Source of the DNA: an uncultured Methanoregulaceae archaeon
Lineage (GTDB): Archaea > Halobacteriota > Methanomicrobia > Methanomicrobiales > Methanospirillaceae
Assembly (NCBI GenBank): GCA_963705255.1
Contig: OY970061.1
Coordinates: 2,080,001 to 2,144,000, forward strand
Direction: 5' to 3'
Length of the DNA: 64,000 bases
Made by a program: the position numbers and the translations under genes. Shown here piece by piece: positions 12,427-23,253 of the stretch; within the stretch, counting starts at the first letter, position 1, and every line of letters starts with the position of its first letter. The notes under the pieces were generated by a model that saw nothing but the letters and a program-made list of their open reading frames with translations, was not told the DNA's origin and did no database searches.

Positions 12427-13257
12427 TTGTCAGTCGCCGTTGTTTTTGACAGTGCCGGGACGCTCCTCAACACCTACCGGGTAGCAAAAGACATCCGTAA
12501 CCGGAAACTGCTCCCCGGCATAGAGACGACGACCCTGACGTTCAGTTCTCCCGACCGGGTACTCATCGTCCTTCCCGTGCACTCAAAAGACCTCATGGCC
12601 ACCCGGGGGGACCTGCTCCTGTCCGAATACCTTATCCGGCACCACATCGGTTTCGGCGTGAGCTGTACGAGAAAGATCACGACTGCCGAAGAGATCGGGG
12701 ACGTGCTCTATACCGACAGCAGGACGCAGGTAGGCGACCTGCAGGAATGCATACGGAACGTCTGGACGGTCTGCAGTCAGGAATCCGTGGTAACGCTCAA
12801 CAGCGGGGCGATCATCGACATGGCGCAAAAGGAGATCGAGTTCGCCATCACCGCGGGCGGCTGGCCGTTTGACGGTGCAAAAGAGGCGATCACCGCGTTA
12901 CACCGGATGGGAGTGCCGACCTTTATCGCTTCCGGCGACCGGGTCACAAAACTCGAGAAGATGGCAGATCACTTCGGTATCCCGCGGGACCGCGTGTACG
13001 GGGTGGCAACACCCACGGTAAAGGCGCAGATCGTCAATGACCTCCGGCAGGAGTATGACAAAGTCCTGATGGTCGGGGACGGGATCAACGATCTGTGTGC
13101 CATGCAGAATGCCGATATTGCCATTCTTACGGTCCAGCAGCCCGGCAACCGCCCTGAAGATCTGTACAAGGCTGCCGATTACGTGGTGAAAAGTGTCGGC
13201 GAAGTGGTGACCATCGTGGAGGGGCTGGTACGGCCCGCACAGAATTTGCGATCGTGA
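12427..13257 (+). CDS. HAD-superfamily hydrolase (soluble P-type-ATPase-like)
   Basis: FDSAGTL motif I, ASGD, MVGDGIND; TTG start. Confidence 0.8.
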   Translation: MSVAVVFDSAGTLLNTYRVAKDIRNRKLLPGIETTTLTFSSPDRVLIVLPVHSKDLMATRGDLLLSEYLIRHHIGFGVSCTRKITTAEEIGDVLYTDSRTQVGDLQECIRNVWTVCSQESVVTLNSGAIIDMAQKEIEFAITAGGWPFDGAKEAITALHRMGVPTFIASGDRVTKLEKMADHFGIPRDRVYGVATPTVKAQIVNDLRQEYDKVLMVGDGINDLCAMQNADIAILTVQQPGNRPEDLYKAADYVVKSVGEVVTIVEGLVRPAQNLRS

Positions 13258-13320
13258 CAGAAGTGATACATCATATAAAAGGTAATATGCGACTTATGTC
13301 ACATTAGGTACAAGGGTATT

Positions 13321-14934
13321 ATGAAGGCTCCATTGATCACGGTCGATAACCTCTGCATGGACTTTGATGGCGAGAGGGTACTGAAGAATATCTCTTTTGA
13401 GATCGCTGAGGGAGAGATCCTGGGGATTATTGGCAGGAGCGGCGCCGGTAAGACGGTTCTGATGCATCTCCTCCGCGGTGTGGAACAGCCCCCGACCAGC
13501 GGCCGGATTATCTACCATGTTGCTGCCTGCAGCGGGTGCGATTACATGGACGTCGCCGGTTCGGCGGGAAAACCCTGTCCCCACTGTGGCAGCACCCTCA
13601 CTCCCCTCGACGTGGATCTCTGGAATGAGAAAGATGAGACCCTGAAGCGGCGTCTCATGCGGAGGACCGCCATCATGTTCCAGCGGACCTTCGCCCTGTA
13701 CGGCGACGACCGGGTCATCGAGAATGTCCTTCACGCTCTCGACGATATCGACTATCCCCCGGACAAGGCTATCAACCGGGCGGCAGACCTCATCGACCAG
13801 GTCCGGCTCTCCCACCGGATGATGCACATCGCCCGGGACCTGTCCGGCGGAGAAAAACAGCGTGTTGTGCTCGCACGGCAGCTGGCAAAGGAACCGTTCA
13901 TGCTCTTTGCCGATGAGCCGACCGGCACGCTCGACCCCGGAACTGCCCGGATCGTCCACACGATGCTGTCGGACGCGGCGAAGACCAATAACATGGGCAT
14001 CGTCGTCACTTCCCACTTCTCGCAGGTCATCGAGGACACCGCACACCGCGCCATCCTCCTTGTTGACGGCAGCATCGCAAAGATCGGGAGCCCGAAAGAG
14101 GTCATCGGCGAATTCATGAAAGGGTGCGATGATACCGAGAAGTTTGAAGAGGCAGAGCTCGGGGAAAACGTCGTTATGGCACGTGACCTCTTCAAGCGGT
14201 ACATCTCCGTGGACCGCGGGGTTGTCAAAGCGGTAAACGGTGTCTCCTTCGAGGTCAACACGAAAGAGATCTTCGGGATCATCGGCAAGAGCGGGGCGGG
14301 AAAGACCACCCTTTCGGGAATCATTGCCGGTCTTATCGAGCCGACGAGCGGCGAGATGAACATCCGGATCGGCGATGAATGGGTGGACATGACCAAGCCG
14401 GGCATCGAGCAGAGGGGGCGTGCGACAGGCTACATCGGGCTCCTCCACCAGGAGTACGACCTCTTCCCCCACCGGACCGTGCTTGACAACCTCACCGATG
14501 CGATCGGGCTTGAGTTCCCCAAGGAACTTGCAATGCGCAAAGCTCTTGTCACCCTCAAGATGGCGGGGTTCACCGACCAGAAGAGCAGGGAGATCCTCGA
14601 CCGCATGCCTGCCCAGCTCTCGGAAGGAGAGCGGCACCGCGTGGCCCTTGCCCAGGTCCTGATCCGCGAGCCCCGGATCGTGATCCTCGACGAGCCGACC
14701 GGTACCATGGATCCCATCACCAAGATCGATGTCAAGCACTCGATCATGCACTCCCGCGAGGAGATGGACGAGACGTTCATTGTCGTGTCCCATGACATGG
14801 AGTTTGTGCGGGACATCTGCGACCGGCTCGCGCTCATGAGGGGCGGCAAGATCGTCCAGATAGGCAAGACCGCGGAAGTACTCGCAACCCTTACCGAGGA
14901 AGAGCGCAGGATTATGGGCCAGCCGACAGCCTGA
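13321..14934 (+). CDS. atwA: Methyl-coenzyme M reductase system component A2 (ABC-type ATPase)
   Basis: Two ABC cassettes (GRSGAGKT, GKSGAGKT) with a CxxC...CPHC zinc insert; heads the marker operon. Confidence 0.95.
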   Translation: MKAPLITVDNLCMDFDGERVLKNISFEIAEGEILGIIGRSGAGKTVLMHLLRGVEQPPTSGRIIYHVAACSGCDYMDVAGSAGKPCPHCGSTLTPLDVDLWNEKDETLKRRLMRRTAIMFQRTFALYGDDRVIENVLHALDDIDYPPDKAINRAADLIDQVRLSHRMMHIARDLSGGEKQRVVLARQLAKEPFMLFADEPTGTLDPGTARIVHTMLSDAAKTNNMGIVVTSHFSQVIEDTAHRAILLVDGSIAKIGSPKEVIGEFMKGCDDTEKFEEAELGENVVMARDLFKRYISVDRGVVKAVNGVSFEVNTKEIFGIIGKSGAGKTTLSGIIAGLIEPTSGEMNIRIGDEWVDMTKPGIEQRGRATGYIGLLHQEYDLFPHRTVLDNLTDAIGLEFPKELAMRKALVTLKMAGFTDQKSREILDRMPAQLSEGERHRVALAQVLIREPRIVILDEPTGTMDPITKIDVKHSIMHSREEMDETFIVVSHDMEFVRDICDRLALMRGGKIVQIGKTAEVLATLTEEERRIMGQPTA

Positions 14935-14942
14935 GGCCTGCC

Positions 14943-16472
14943 ATGCCAGTTATCCACCTCGATGGAGTGAGACTGGAGATCAGCGAAGGAAATACCCTCT
15001 CTTCTGTTCTTTCCCGCCAGCCCGAGGGCTGCTGCGTGGCCATCATCCGCCCGGCAACCAAGGAACAGGCTAAGACAGCAAGCCTTGCGATGAACACAAC
15101 TGCCGGAGAGGTGACCGTGGAGATGACCGGGCAGGGAGCCGGCCTTCTCGAATCGCCGGAGATCGCAGGCCAGCTGGCGATTCACTGGAGCGACCGGTAC
15201 GCAGCGGCATTCGGGCCGTTCCCTTCCACGATCCGTCCCGAACGCAAACCCCATCTCTATGAACGGGGGGACATTATCCTCGGTTGCGGCGGCTATGATC
15301 CCAAACGGTCTTACCTCATCTTCTCCAGGACCCGCCACGCGGCAGACCACGGGGCTGACGAAAGCGGAGGGGTCATCGCAAAGGTCGTGAGCGGCAGGGC
15401 AGTGCTCGACCGCTGGGCAAGCGGTGACCGGGTCACAAAAATCGAACCGGTTATGTCCTGGGCAGACACCAGCCGTTCGTTCACGACCAGCGACATGGGT
15501 CTTGTCCTTGAGGACGGGACGCTCATTGTAACCCACCTGAAGATCCTGGCCCAGGGATATTCCCCCGACAGTGTAACCACCGAAGCTGCAGGCAGTGTCG
15601 AGCACCTCATTCTTGCCCTCCAGTCTGGGAGGCTCACCGTGGACAGGGCGACGAGCACCCACATCCTCGATCTCCACCTCGCCGGGACCGATGACATCCC
15701 GGTGGAACACCGGCACCCCCGCCGGGAGGGAACGGTTACCGTGCGTACTTCGGGGAAATCTGCCGGAGGGATCTATCTTTACCGGACTGATGTCCCCAGC
15801 AGCCTGGTGCATGCCGTTGTCGGCCATGTCGTTCACGGGATCGAACTGGTCAAACTCGCAAAAGAGCGCGACATCATTGCTGTCACGGTGGAGCCGGAGC
15901 GGATCGACCTCCTCGGGCTCCCCCTTGGTAAAGCACGGGAGATCGCAGCGTCACGAGGTGTTGCACTCAGGTTCGATAACGGCGAGGGAGAGCGGATTGT
16001 CGTGTCCCAGGAGCCGGGCACCACCCTTGACGTACTCTCGGAACGCCAGGTGATCGTTACCACAGCACCGGTCGAAAAGGTGATCGATATCGAACTTGAT
16101 GATGGAAAAGCACCGATGAGCTGCGAAGTGTTCCGGAGGTTTACCGGCCTCAAAGACCACGACGCCGGCATGATGCCGGTCTTTTTCAGGTTCGATGATG
16201 TCATCCTCTTCAAGCCGGCCATTGCCCCGGGCACCAAACTCATTCCCGAGAATCCCCCGAAAGATGAGGCCCCTGCTGCAGCTCTTGGGATCACCAACGA
16301 CTCCTGCAAAGGGTCGGGACTTGTCGGCGTACGCCTGTCGGCAAACCGTGATTTCGGCCCTACGTCAGAGTTGTTCGAAGGAACCAACCTTATCGGGCGC
16401 GTGATTGACACAGAGAAACTGGAAAAACTGAAGGAGCGGGAGACCGTGTATATCCGGGAGGTGAAGCGGTGA
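14943..16472 (+). CDS. mmp3: Methanogenesis marker protein 3
   Basis: Cyclophilin-like repeats, GITND...G.VGVRL...FGPT.E.FEGTN; operon position. Confidence 0.88.
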   Translation: MPVIHLDGVRLEISEGNTLSSVLSRQPEGCCVAIIRPATKEQAKTASLAMNTTAGEVTVEMTGQGAGLLESPEIAGQLAIHWSDRYAAAFGPFPSTIRPERKPHLYERGDIILGCGGYDPKRSYLIFSRTRHAADHGADESGGVIAKVVSGRAVLDRWASGDRVTKIEPVMSWADTSRSFTTSDMGLVLEDGTLIVTHLKILAQGYSPDSVTTEAAGSVEHLILALQSGRLTVDRATSTHILDLHLAGTDDIPVEHRHPRREGTVTVRTSGKSAGGIYLYRTDVPSSLVHAVVGHVVHGIELVKLAKERDIIAVTVEPERIDLLGLPLGKAREIAASRGVALRFDNGEGERIVVSQEPGTTLDVLSERQVIVTTAPVEKVIDIELDDGKAPMSCEVFRRFTGLKDHDAGMMPVFFRFDDVILFKPAIAPGTKLIPENPPKDEAPAAALGITNDSCKGSGLVGVRLSANRDFGPTSELFEGTNLIGRVIDTEKLEKLKERETVYIREVKR

Positions 16473-16927
16473 CCGATTATGTGCCGACCCACGCGGGCAC
16501 CGTTACGAAATACGTGGTCGTTGAATCGTTCGATATAACTCCGGCGGATCTCGGGATCCGGGCATACGGGCTATCGAAAGGTGTTATGATCAAGGAGACC
16601 TGCTTCGGGCTGGTCATCAACGGCGAGGAGAAAGAGGTCGACCGCATCGTTGCCGAACTCCGCAAGATCGACCCTGCCCATATCTTCGTCAAGGACCGGG
16701 GATTCCCGCCGGGAGACTCGCGGCGGTGCCGGGCAAACCTTGGCGGCGCACGGCCGGGATACCATGGCATGGAATTTGAGATGACTGTCATCCCCTACAT
16801 CTCCCACGGTCTTGAGGAACTGAAGGACCGGGACGAGAGCACGGTCGCCCCACCCGAGAACCCGCTCGACCATACGGTGCTTGACATCGCAAAACTGAAG
16901 AAACTGATCGATGCACAGGAGTCCTGA
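16469..16927 (+). CDS. mmp6: Methanogenesis marker protein 6
   Basis: IKETCFG and KDRGFPPGD.RRCR...GGARPG motifs. Confidence 0.88.
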   Translation: MTDYVPTHAGTVTKYVVVESFDITPADLGIRAYGLSKGVMIKETCFGLVINGEEKEVDRIVAELRKIDPAHIFVKDRGFPPGDSRRCRANLGGARPGYHGMEFEMTVIPYISHGLEELKDRDESTVAPPENPLDHTVLDIAKLKKLIDAQES

Positions 16928-16928
16928 C

Positions 16929-17375
16929 ATGGTAAAAGTATTCATCTACCCCTCAACAAGCCTCATCCTCTCTGACCTGGTGGCACGGCACGGCCATACC
17001 CCGCTCTCGTCCGCTGTCGCCATCCGCGAACGTATCCAGACCGCAGGACTCGAATCTCCCCCGCTCCAGGTCACACCCGAGGAACCGAAAAAAGGACTGA
17101 AATGGGCTGCTGTCGAGGTCCCGAGTGGTGTCCGGGGTCGTATGGCGCTCTACGGGCCGATGATCGAGGAGTGCGAAGCTGCCATCATCATCAACGATGC
17201 CGACCTCGCGTTCGGGTGCATGGGGTGCGCACGGACAAATGAGCTGATCAAGTTCCTCGTGCGCCGGAAGGACATCCCCAGACTCGACCTGTACTACCCG
17301 AAAAACGAAGAAGAGGGTGTCAAGTTCGTCGCAGCCATCAGGCGGTTCCTGCACGACCTCGGGGGAGTGAAATGA
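16929..17375 (+). CDS. mmp5: Methanogenesis marker protein 5
   Basis: [31 protein letters not shown]. Confidence 0.9.
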   Translation: MVKVFIYPSTSLILSDLVARHGHTPLSSAVAIRERIQTAGLESPPLQVTPEEPKKGLKWAAVEVPSGVRGRMALYGPMIEECEAAIIINDADLAFGCMGCARTNELIKFLVRRKDIPRLDLYYPKNEEEGVKFVAAIRRFLHDLGGVK

Positions 17376-18610
17376 CTGCACCGGTGCGGATTGCCCAGCT
17401 CTCCTGCGGCCCGGAATACTCCGGCGTCCAGCACGAGATCGATGCCGCGGCAAAAGAGGTGAACGGGGAGATCTTCTACCCGGATATCGCGCTGAAGGAT
17501 GTACAGCGGGACTTCGACCTGTTCGGGCTTGACGTGCGCAGCCCGGATCTCAAGCTTGCCATTGCCCGTGCCAAGGCCCTTGTCGAGGGCAGGGTGGAGG
17601 CAGATGCAGTCTTCATCGCGACCTGTTTCCGCTGTGCCGAAGCTGCCATCGTAAGGAATGAACTCCGGCGGTACATCCACGAGAATTCCCGGCTCCCGGT
17701 GGTCAGTTACTCCTTCACCGAAAGGACGACTGCGGGCACGCTTCTCACGCGGATGGAGGCACTGACAACCATTGCACGGCGGCGTGCCCTCCTGGCACGT
17801 GAAACCCAGCAGGGGATCACGCTCGGGGTCGACTCCGGCTCTTCGACAACCAAGGCCATCGTGATGAAGGACAACCGGATCATCGGGACCGGGTGGCAGC
17901 CCACAACCGAGGTGATGAAAAGCGCTCAGGACGTGATCGACCATGCGCTCTCGGAAGCCGGCATAACGGCTGATGAAATTCAGGCCACTGGCACAACCGG
18001 GTACGGGCGGTTCCTTGTCGGAAAGGAGATCAAGGCGGACCTCATCCAGGAAGAACTGACCGTCAACTCGAAAGGTGCGGTCTTCCTTGCCGACCGGCAG
18101 CACGGGCCTGCAACGGTCATCGATATCGGCGGTATGGACAACAAGGCCATCTCGGTCATGGACGGCATCCCGGGCACCTTCACGATGGGCGGTATCTGCG
18201 CCGGGGCAAGCGGGCGGTTCCTCGAGATGACCGCCAAGCGGCTCGGCGTTGACATCACCGAGCTCGGGCCGCTTGCCATGAAAGGGTTTGGCGGACGCGT
18301 GCCGATGAACAGCTACTGCATTGTCTTTGGCACCCAGAGCCTCGTGAACGCCCTCGCGGCCGGAAGTACCCGTGAAGATGTGGCTGCGGCAGCCTGCCAC
18401 AGCGTAGCCGAGCAGGTCTTCGAACAGCAGCTGCAGGAAGTGGATATCAAGGAGCCGGTCATCATGGTCGGGGGGACGTCGCTCATCGAAGGGCTCGTCC
18501 ATGCAATGGGCGAGCTCCTGCAGACGAAGATCGTCGTACCGCGCCATTCCCAGTATATCGGTGCGGTCGGATCGGCGCTCCTTGCATCAGGTTTTATCAG
18601 GGACGATTAG
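17372..18610 (+). CDS. mmp15: Methanogenesis marker protein 15 (ASKHA/BadF-type activase ATPase)
   Basis: [28 protein letters not shown]. Confidence 0.92.
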   Translation: MTAPVRIAQLSCGPEYSGVQHEIDAAAKEVNGEIFYPDIALKDVQRDFDLFGLDVRSPDLKLAIARAKALVEGRVEADAVFIATCFRCAEAAIVRNELRRYIHENSRLPVVSYSFTERTTAGTLLTRMEALTTIARRRALLARETQQGITLGVDSGSSTTKAIVMKDNRIIGTGWQPTTEVMKSAQDVIDHALSEAGITADEIQATGTTGYGRFLVGKEIKADLIQEELTVNSKGAVFLADRQHGPATVIDIGGMDNKAISVMDGIPGTFTMGGICAGASGRFLEMTAKRLGVDITELGPLAMKGFGGRVPMNSYCIVFGTQSLVNALAAGSTREDVAAAACHSVAEQVFEQQLQEVDIKEPVIMVGGTSLIEGLVHAMGELLQTKIVVPRHSQYIGAVGSALLASGFIRDD

Positions 18611-19192
18611 ATGCTTGCCATTGAGTACTTTGAGGTGGAATGCCCCGAACCCCTGGGTGCGGAGTACTACAAGCAGATCACGAACGATGTCCTGCTCGAC
18701 CACAACCTGCTCAAGGTGATCCGGAAACTCCACGTCTTCATCGATCCCAAGGTGCCGCTCTTCGTTGCGGTCGGGACGCTCAAAAAACTGACGACCGTCG
18801 TCAGGGTGCGGGATCTTGCCAACGTAAACCCGCTTGAAGGCAAAATTACCCTTGTCATCTCCGATGAGACCTATCTTGCCCCCATGCTCAGGATCTTCTG
18901 GCAGCGGTTCGGCAAGGAGCACGTGGAGCAGCCGGACCGCTTCACCGTAATCCTCTATGATGTGCCGGCCGACCCGCGGGAGATCGAGGAGATCGTGGTC
19001 GGTGACCCGAGCGAGTCCCTCTTCAAGGACCTCATCTACGCGTTCCGGTGCATCGCTCCTGAGGGGTTCAGGGTCCGGAGCGAGATCTTCACTACGGAAA
19101 AGTTCTCGTTCGTGGCAAGCGAGAACACTCTCGCCGAGGACATAAGCCCGGTTATCCGGGAGAAATTCGCGCTCATGGGTGAGACGCCATGA
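18611..19192 (+). CDS. mmp17: Methanogenesis marker protein 17
   Basis: DETYL, QPDR and PEGFRVR motifs; operon position. Confidence 0.85.
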   Translation: MLAIEYFEVECPEPLGAEYYKQITNDVLLDHNLLKVIRKLHVFIDPKVPLFVAVGTLKKLTTVVRVRDLANVNPLEGKITLVISDETYLAPMLRIFWQRFGKEHVEQPDRFTVILYDVPADPREIEEIVVGDPSESLFKDLIYAFRCIAPEGFRVRSEIFTTEKFSFVASENTLAEDISPVIREKFALMGETP

Positions 19193-20127
19193 CGCTCGTC
19201 CCGGTAACCTACAAGGGCGGCATCTACCAGCACGACCTCATCGAGGACCTCATCGAAGACCTCGGCGGATATATAGTCCAGAAACACATCATCGCAGCAG
19301 AGGTAGTACTGCAGTGCTTCGTCCCTCAGGGCGACATCGAACTCATCCGCCAGATCGCCCGCCCGCTCTTCGGGGAGGTGACGGACTCCCCGCTCGTGGG
19401 CACGGAGATTGCGGTCGTCAGCATGAGCCTTGAGATCCACCACCTCCCCCACCCGTCCTGCGACATTGCGGAGTACCTCCGGCGGCTGGGTGCCAAGACC
19501 AACATGGTCAGCCTTGCCCGCGGGCCGGGAAAACGGATTGCCGGGCTGAATGATGAGGAACGCGATGTCATCAACGAACATGACATCGCGGTCTATCTCC
19601 TTGGCAATTTTGAAGCATGTATCGAATACAAGATGCCCACGCTGAGGCGGGGGATTGAGGTGCCGATCGTGCTCTGCGGGGGCCCTGACGAAGAGGCCCT
19701 CAGGAGAATCACCGACCCTCCGCTTGACGGGTACGTGGGCAATGTCGGCAGGTTCATGCGCCGGACCAAGGAGGCGGACGAGCTTGCAAAGCTGGACGAG
19801 ATCATAGCCGAGGTGACCCGTGTCCTCGGGAAGAAGCGGGAGGCGATCGCGAAAGACCCACTCTCCGTATCCCCGGCCCGGCTCATGGGCCTGATCCGGG
19901 AGAATGTCCCGGCGATTCTTGATGTGACGTCCCCGACCCCGCTGACCGTCCAGATGGCGGGACTCCGGGTCAAACTCCCGTACGATACGTTCGCTGATCA
20001 GATCCGGAAGGTGGAGATCGAGGACGGGATTACGCTCGGGGACGTAACAGAAGTAGTCCCCTCCCGTATGCGGGACTATATCCTGGTAAAGATCCTGCCG
20101 TTCTCGGAAACGAACGTGGTGGTATGA
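19189..20127 (+). CDS. mmp7: Methanogenesis marker protein 7
   Basis: YKGGIY, HHLPHPSCDIAEYLRR, LARG.GK. Confidence 0.9.
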   Translation: MTLVPVTYKGGIYQHDLIEDLIEDLGGYIVQKHIIAAEVVLQCFVPQGDIELIRQIARPLFGEVTDSPLVGTEIAVVSMSLEIHHLPHPSCDIAEYLRRLGAKTNMVSLARGPGKRIAGLNDEERDVINEHDIAVYLLGNFEACIEYKMPTLRRGIEVPIVLCGGPDEEALRRITDPPLDGYVGNVGRFMRRTKEADELAKLDEIIAEVTRVLGKKREAIAKDPLSVSPARLMGLIRENVPAILDVTSPTPLTVQMAGLRVKLPYDTFADQIRKVEIEDGITLGDVTEVVPSRMRDYILVKILPFSETNVVV

Positions 20128-20624
20128 TGACAAAATCGACCAAAGAAGAGTTCGAGGAGAAGCTTGCAAGGATCGTAGAGCAGGGTGCGGACCTGACTGC
20201 CGATGAATGGATGAAGGCGATCGAGTTCGAATACGGGCGGGTGCCTCTCATCTTCAAGCGGATGGGGGAGCGCCCCGAGGTTCTCATCTCCCACCTCCTG
20301 TACAAAGGAACGGTGGCGCAGACAAGCCCGCTCGACCCGAAGTACGTGGAGCTGATCAGCCTCGCCGTGGGTGCAGCCCTCAAGTGCCCGCACTGTACCG
20401 GCTACCACATGCAGGCGGCAATCAAGATGGGGGCGAGCCGGGAGGAGATCCTCGAGGTGATCCTCCTTGCCGGCATGATCTCGAACTCCTCGGTGCTTGC
20501 CAACGCCTACCGGATCATTGATGAGAAACTCGAACGCTGTATCCCCTGCGAGACGAAGGGCGTGGAGCGGGAGGCAGAGGCTACAGGGCGGAAGAAAAGA
20601 ACGGTGCGAACGAGGAAAAATTAA
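20124..20624 (+). CDS. Carboxymuconolactone decarboxylase/AhpD-like protein with CxxC
   Basis: ELISLAVGAALKCPHC..YH; ATGA overlap with mmp7. Confidence 0.85.
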   Translation: MMTKSTKEEFEEKLARIVEQGADLTADEWMKAIEFEYGRVPLIFKRMGERPEVLISHLLYKGTVAQTSPLDPKYVELISLAVGAALKCPHCTGYHMQAAIKMGASREEILEVILLAGMISNSSVLANAYRIIDEKLERCIPCETKGVEREAEATGRKKRTVRTRKN

Positions 20625-20702
20625 CGATCTCTTTCAATCTTTTTTCCATAGATCGCAGCCCGTTCCAGCCATCTTTTCAACATCTCCGGGATAGCGGAAA
20701 TA

Positions 20703-21083
20703 TCATATGATATTATCGGACGTTACCGTATACCGGTAGGTATACGCGCAGTCAAGGCCCCCGATCTCTGAAAAGGAGATCTGTTCATTCTTCTTCTCGT
20801 TCGGGTAAAATACCGGGAACTCGAGGTTTGTTACCTGCTGGTGGCAGTAGGTCATCGAAGGGATGAGGACGATCTGTGCCCTGACGTTCTCGAAGGTCAC
20901 GTTCGTGGGGTTCTCGACCCGGAAATTTGTGGTGTAGGTATCGAACGATCCGACAGGGATCGGGGTGATGTCCGATATGTCCATGCTGGTGATCCTGATG
21001 GTTGTATTCTGGTATCCCGAGACGCACCCGGCAGATATTGAAAGGATTACCAGCATTCCCAGAATAACGCACGCGGTCTTCAT
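20703..21083 (-). CDS. Hypothetical secreted lipoprotein
   Basis: Basic N-terminus, hydrophobic stretch and lipobox SAGC, then a beta-rich Ig-like body. Confidence 0.65.
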   Translation of the reverse strand: MKTACVILGMLVILSISAGCVSGYQNTTIRITSMDISDITPIPVGSFDTYTTNFRVENPTNVTFENVRAQIVLIPSMTYCHQQVTNLEFPVFYPNEKKNEQISFSEIGGLDCAYTYRYTVTSDNII

Positions 21084-21320
21084 CCTGTCACCCGGCTGCA
21101 TACGGTAAGAATATACCAAGGTTTGTTTCTGGCACGAGAAAAAGGAGTCGTGTAAACGGATGAATCTACCAGGTTCACGGTTATCACGTCATCGTGCAGC
21201 ATGCCCCGCCGTGGAAAAGTCGGATCGCTTTCAGAATGCGGGATTTCACGTGAAGGGCCCGGACCCGGCTGGTCAGGTGGTTTATACAGGGTCGTGATAG
21301 AAACCGAACCCTCTCAAAGG

Positions 21321-21446
21321 AATAGGGTAAGACCGGCGCCTTGGGCGAAAGGGTTCCTGTCATCAGAAGAGCCGGCTGAAAATTATCTGGACAAGGTATG
21401 ACACGGGACCGGAGTGTCCGGGGAGCCTGCCTCTGATCAACCCTCA
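21321..21446 (+). ncRNA. Structured small RNA candidate, possibly HgcC-family
   Basis: Pairings AGGGT(21324)/ACCCT(21440), GGTTCC/GGAGCC, TGTCAT/ATGACA and CCGGC/GCCGG; upstream TTTATA at 21281; downstream T-tract. Family assignment is from memory only. Confidence 0.5.
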
Positions 21447-21554
21447 TTTTTCTGTCGCGGCTGCAGGCTTTATTGCATCTGCATGAACTGTCTCCTGAAA
21501 CACAGTTATCATCCAAGCACACCAATATCATTCGCAATACAGGGGATAGTCTGA

Positions 21555-22491
21555 ATGGCAAAACCGTGCGACGACCCGGTCATCCAGATCCACGTCAGGC
21601 CCGGGATGACGGTCAGCGAGCTGGTGGATGCGATGGGCCGGGCCGGCGCCTACAACGGCGGGGCACTGCACCGGGCGGCAGACATCTGCGAGCGGATGCT
21701 GCGGGATCCGGAGGCAACGAAATTCTTCGGTCTCGCGGGCGCGATGGTGCCGGCGGGAATGGGGGGGATAGTCTCCGATCTTATCAGGGAAGGGCATATC
21801 GACGTGCTCGTGTCCACGGGGGCCAACCTGACCCACGACATCATCGAGGCGATCGGCTGCCGGCACTTCCACGGCACCGCCTTCTGCAACGACATCGAGC
21901 TCCGCCACGATGAGATCAACCGGATCTACGATGTCTACCTCCCGAACGAGGCCTTCGGGCATTTCGAGGAGTTCATGCAGACGGTCTTTGGGGGACTTGA
22001 ACCCGGAAGCACCATCTCCATCTCCGGGCTCCTTGCCTATATCGGGAAAAATACGAAGTCCGGTATTCTTCACACCGCCGCCCGCAACAAGATCCCGGTC
22101 TACTGCCCGGCCGTACAGGACTCCATGGTCGGTCTCCAGTACCTGGCTCTTCTCCCAGACCGGCACCGTTACCGTGGACGCGTTTGCCGATATGCCGGCC
22201 CTCATGGACCGCTGTTTTACAACAAAGAAAGCCGGGGCGCTGCTGGTTGGCGGTGGCGTTCCCAAGAACTTTATCCTCCAGAGCATGCTCATGACCCCGA
22301 ACGGGTTCGATTATGCAGTCCAGCTCACGGGCAACCGGCCGGACCTTGGCGGCCTCTCGGGGGCTACGCTCGACGAGGCCCGGTCCTGGGGCAAGATAAC
22401 CGAGGAAGCCCAGGCAGTCACCGTGTACGGCGACGCGACGATCACCCTCCCGGTCCTGATCGCGGCCGTGATGGAGCGGATGGCACGATGA
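21555..22491 (+). CDS. dys: Deoxyhypusine synthase, with +1 indel at ~22143
   Basis: STGANLTHD, INRIYD, then GGGVPKN and GGLSGAT..EA.SWGK in the next frame. Confidence 0.9.
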
Positions 22492-23123
22492 CCGAACTGA
22501 TCCTCGCCCTTGACGTGACCGGGAAGAAGGAAGCGCTTGCCATAGCACGCTCCTGTGCCCCTCATCTCGATGCCATCAAGCTCGGCTACCCGCTCATCCT
22601 CTCGTGCGGTCTCTCCATCACCCGCGAGATGGAAGACCTGGACCTGCCCCTCATCGCCGACTTCAAGGTCGCCGATATCCCGAACACGAACCGGCTCATC
22701 ACCGAGCAGGTCTTTGACGCGGGATTCGCCTCCGTCATCTGCCACGGGTTCACCGGAAAAGACTCCGTTCAGATGTGCGTGGACACCGCTGCCGATTATG
22801 GCGGGGCCTGTTTCGTGGTCGCGGAGATGAGCCACCCGGGCGCGACCGGGTTCTTCCATGCCGGAACTGCAGAACAGATCGCCCGGCTCGCGGTGGAGTG
22901 CGGCGCCGACGGGATCATTGCGCCCGCCACCCGCCCCGGGCGCGTAACGGTGCTGCGCGGTATCGTGGGCAGCCGGAAGATCCTTTCACCCGGAATCGGT
23001 GCACAGGGCGGGGATGCTGCGGCGGTATCAAAGATCGTCGACGGGATCATCGTCGGGCGTGCAATTTACGAAGCAAAAGACCCGCAAGCCGCTGTAAAGG
23101 CATTCTCGGATGTCCGCAAATGA
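22488..23123 (+). CDS. pyrF: Orotidine-5'-phosphate decarboxylase
   Basis: LILALD, ADFKVADIPNT, SPGIGAQGG, IVGRAIY; ATG at 22488. Confidence 0.93.
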   Translation: MTELILALDVTGKKEALAIARSCAPHLDAIKLGYPLILSCGLSITREMEDLDLPLIADFKVADIPNTNRLITEQVFDAGFASVICHGFTGKDSVQMCVDTAADYGGACFVVAEMSHPGATGFFHAGTAEQIARLAVECGADGIIAPATRPGRVTVLRGIVGSRKILSPGIGAQGGDAAAVSKIVDGIIVGRAIYEAKDPQAAVKAFSDVRK

Positions 23124-23253
23124 CGTAAAGGCTTATTAATACCCTCCAATTTATGACCAGATCCGCATATGCGCGCTTTATAAACGGTAAAATGCCAGTC
23201 CGCTGAACCTAAAGGGTCTAAAAATTTATTAAGGACTTGTGCGATGTTATAGT

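Noticed and set aside
13294-18547. Long antisense ORFs (e.g. 13294-14793, 14430-15836, 17294-18547; also 6675-7976)
   Set aside because: Shadow ORFs of GC-rich genes with no recognisable motifs
21200-21450. RNase P RNA, SRP RNA or cobalamin riboswitch
   Set aside because: No GAGGAAAGUCC or SRP helix-8 motif; only a loose AATAGGG/CCTGCC likeness to the B12 element, and the core GCCACTG/CCCGC motifs are absent
21555-23123. Apparent 522-aa DHS-PyrF fusion in the ORF track
   Set aside because: Artefact of the +1 indel at ~22143; the true DHS C-terminus ends at 22491 and pyrF has its own ATG at 22488
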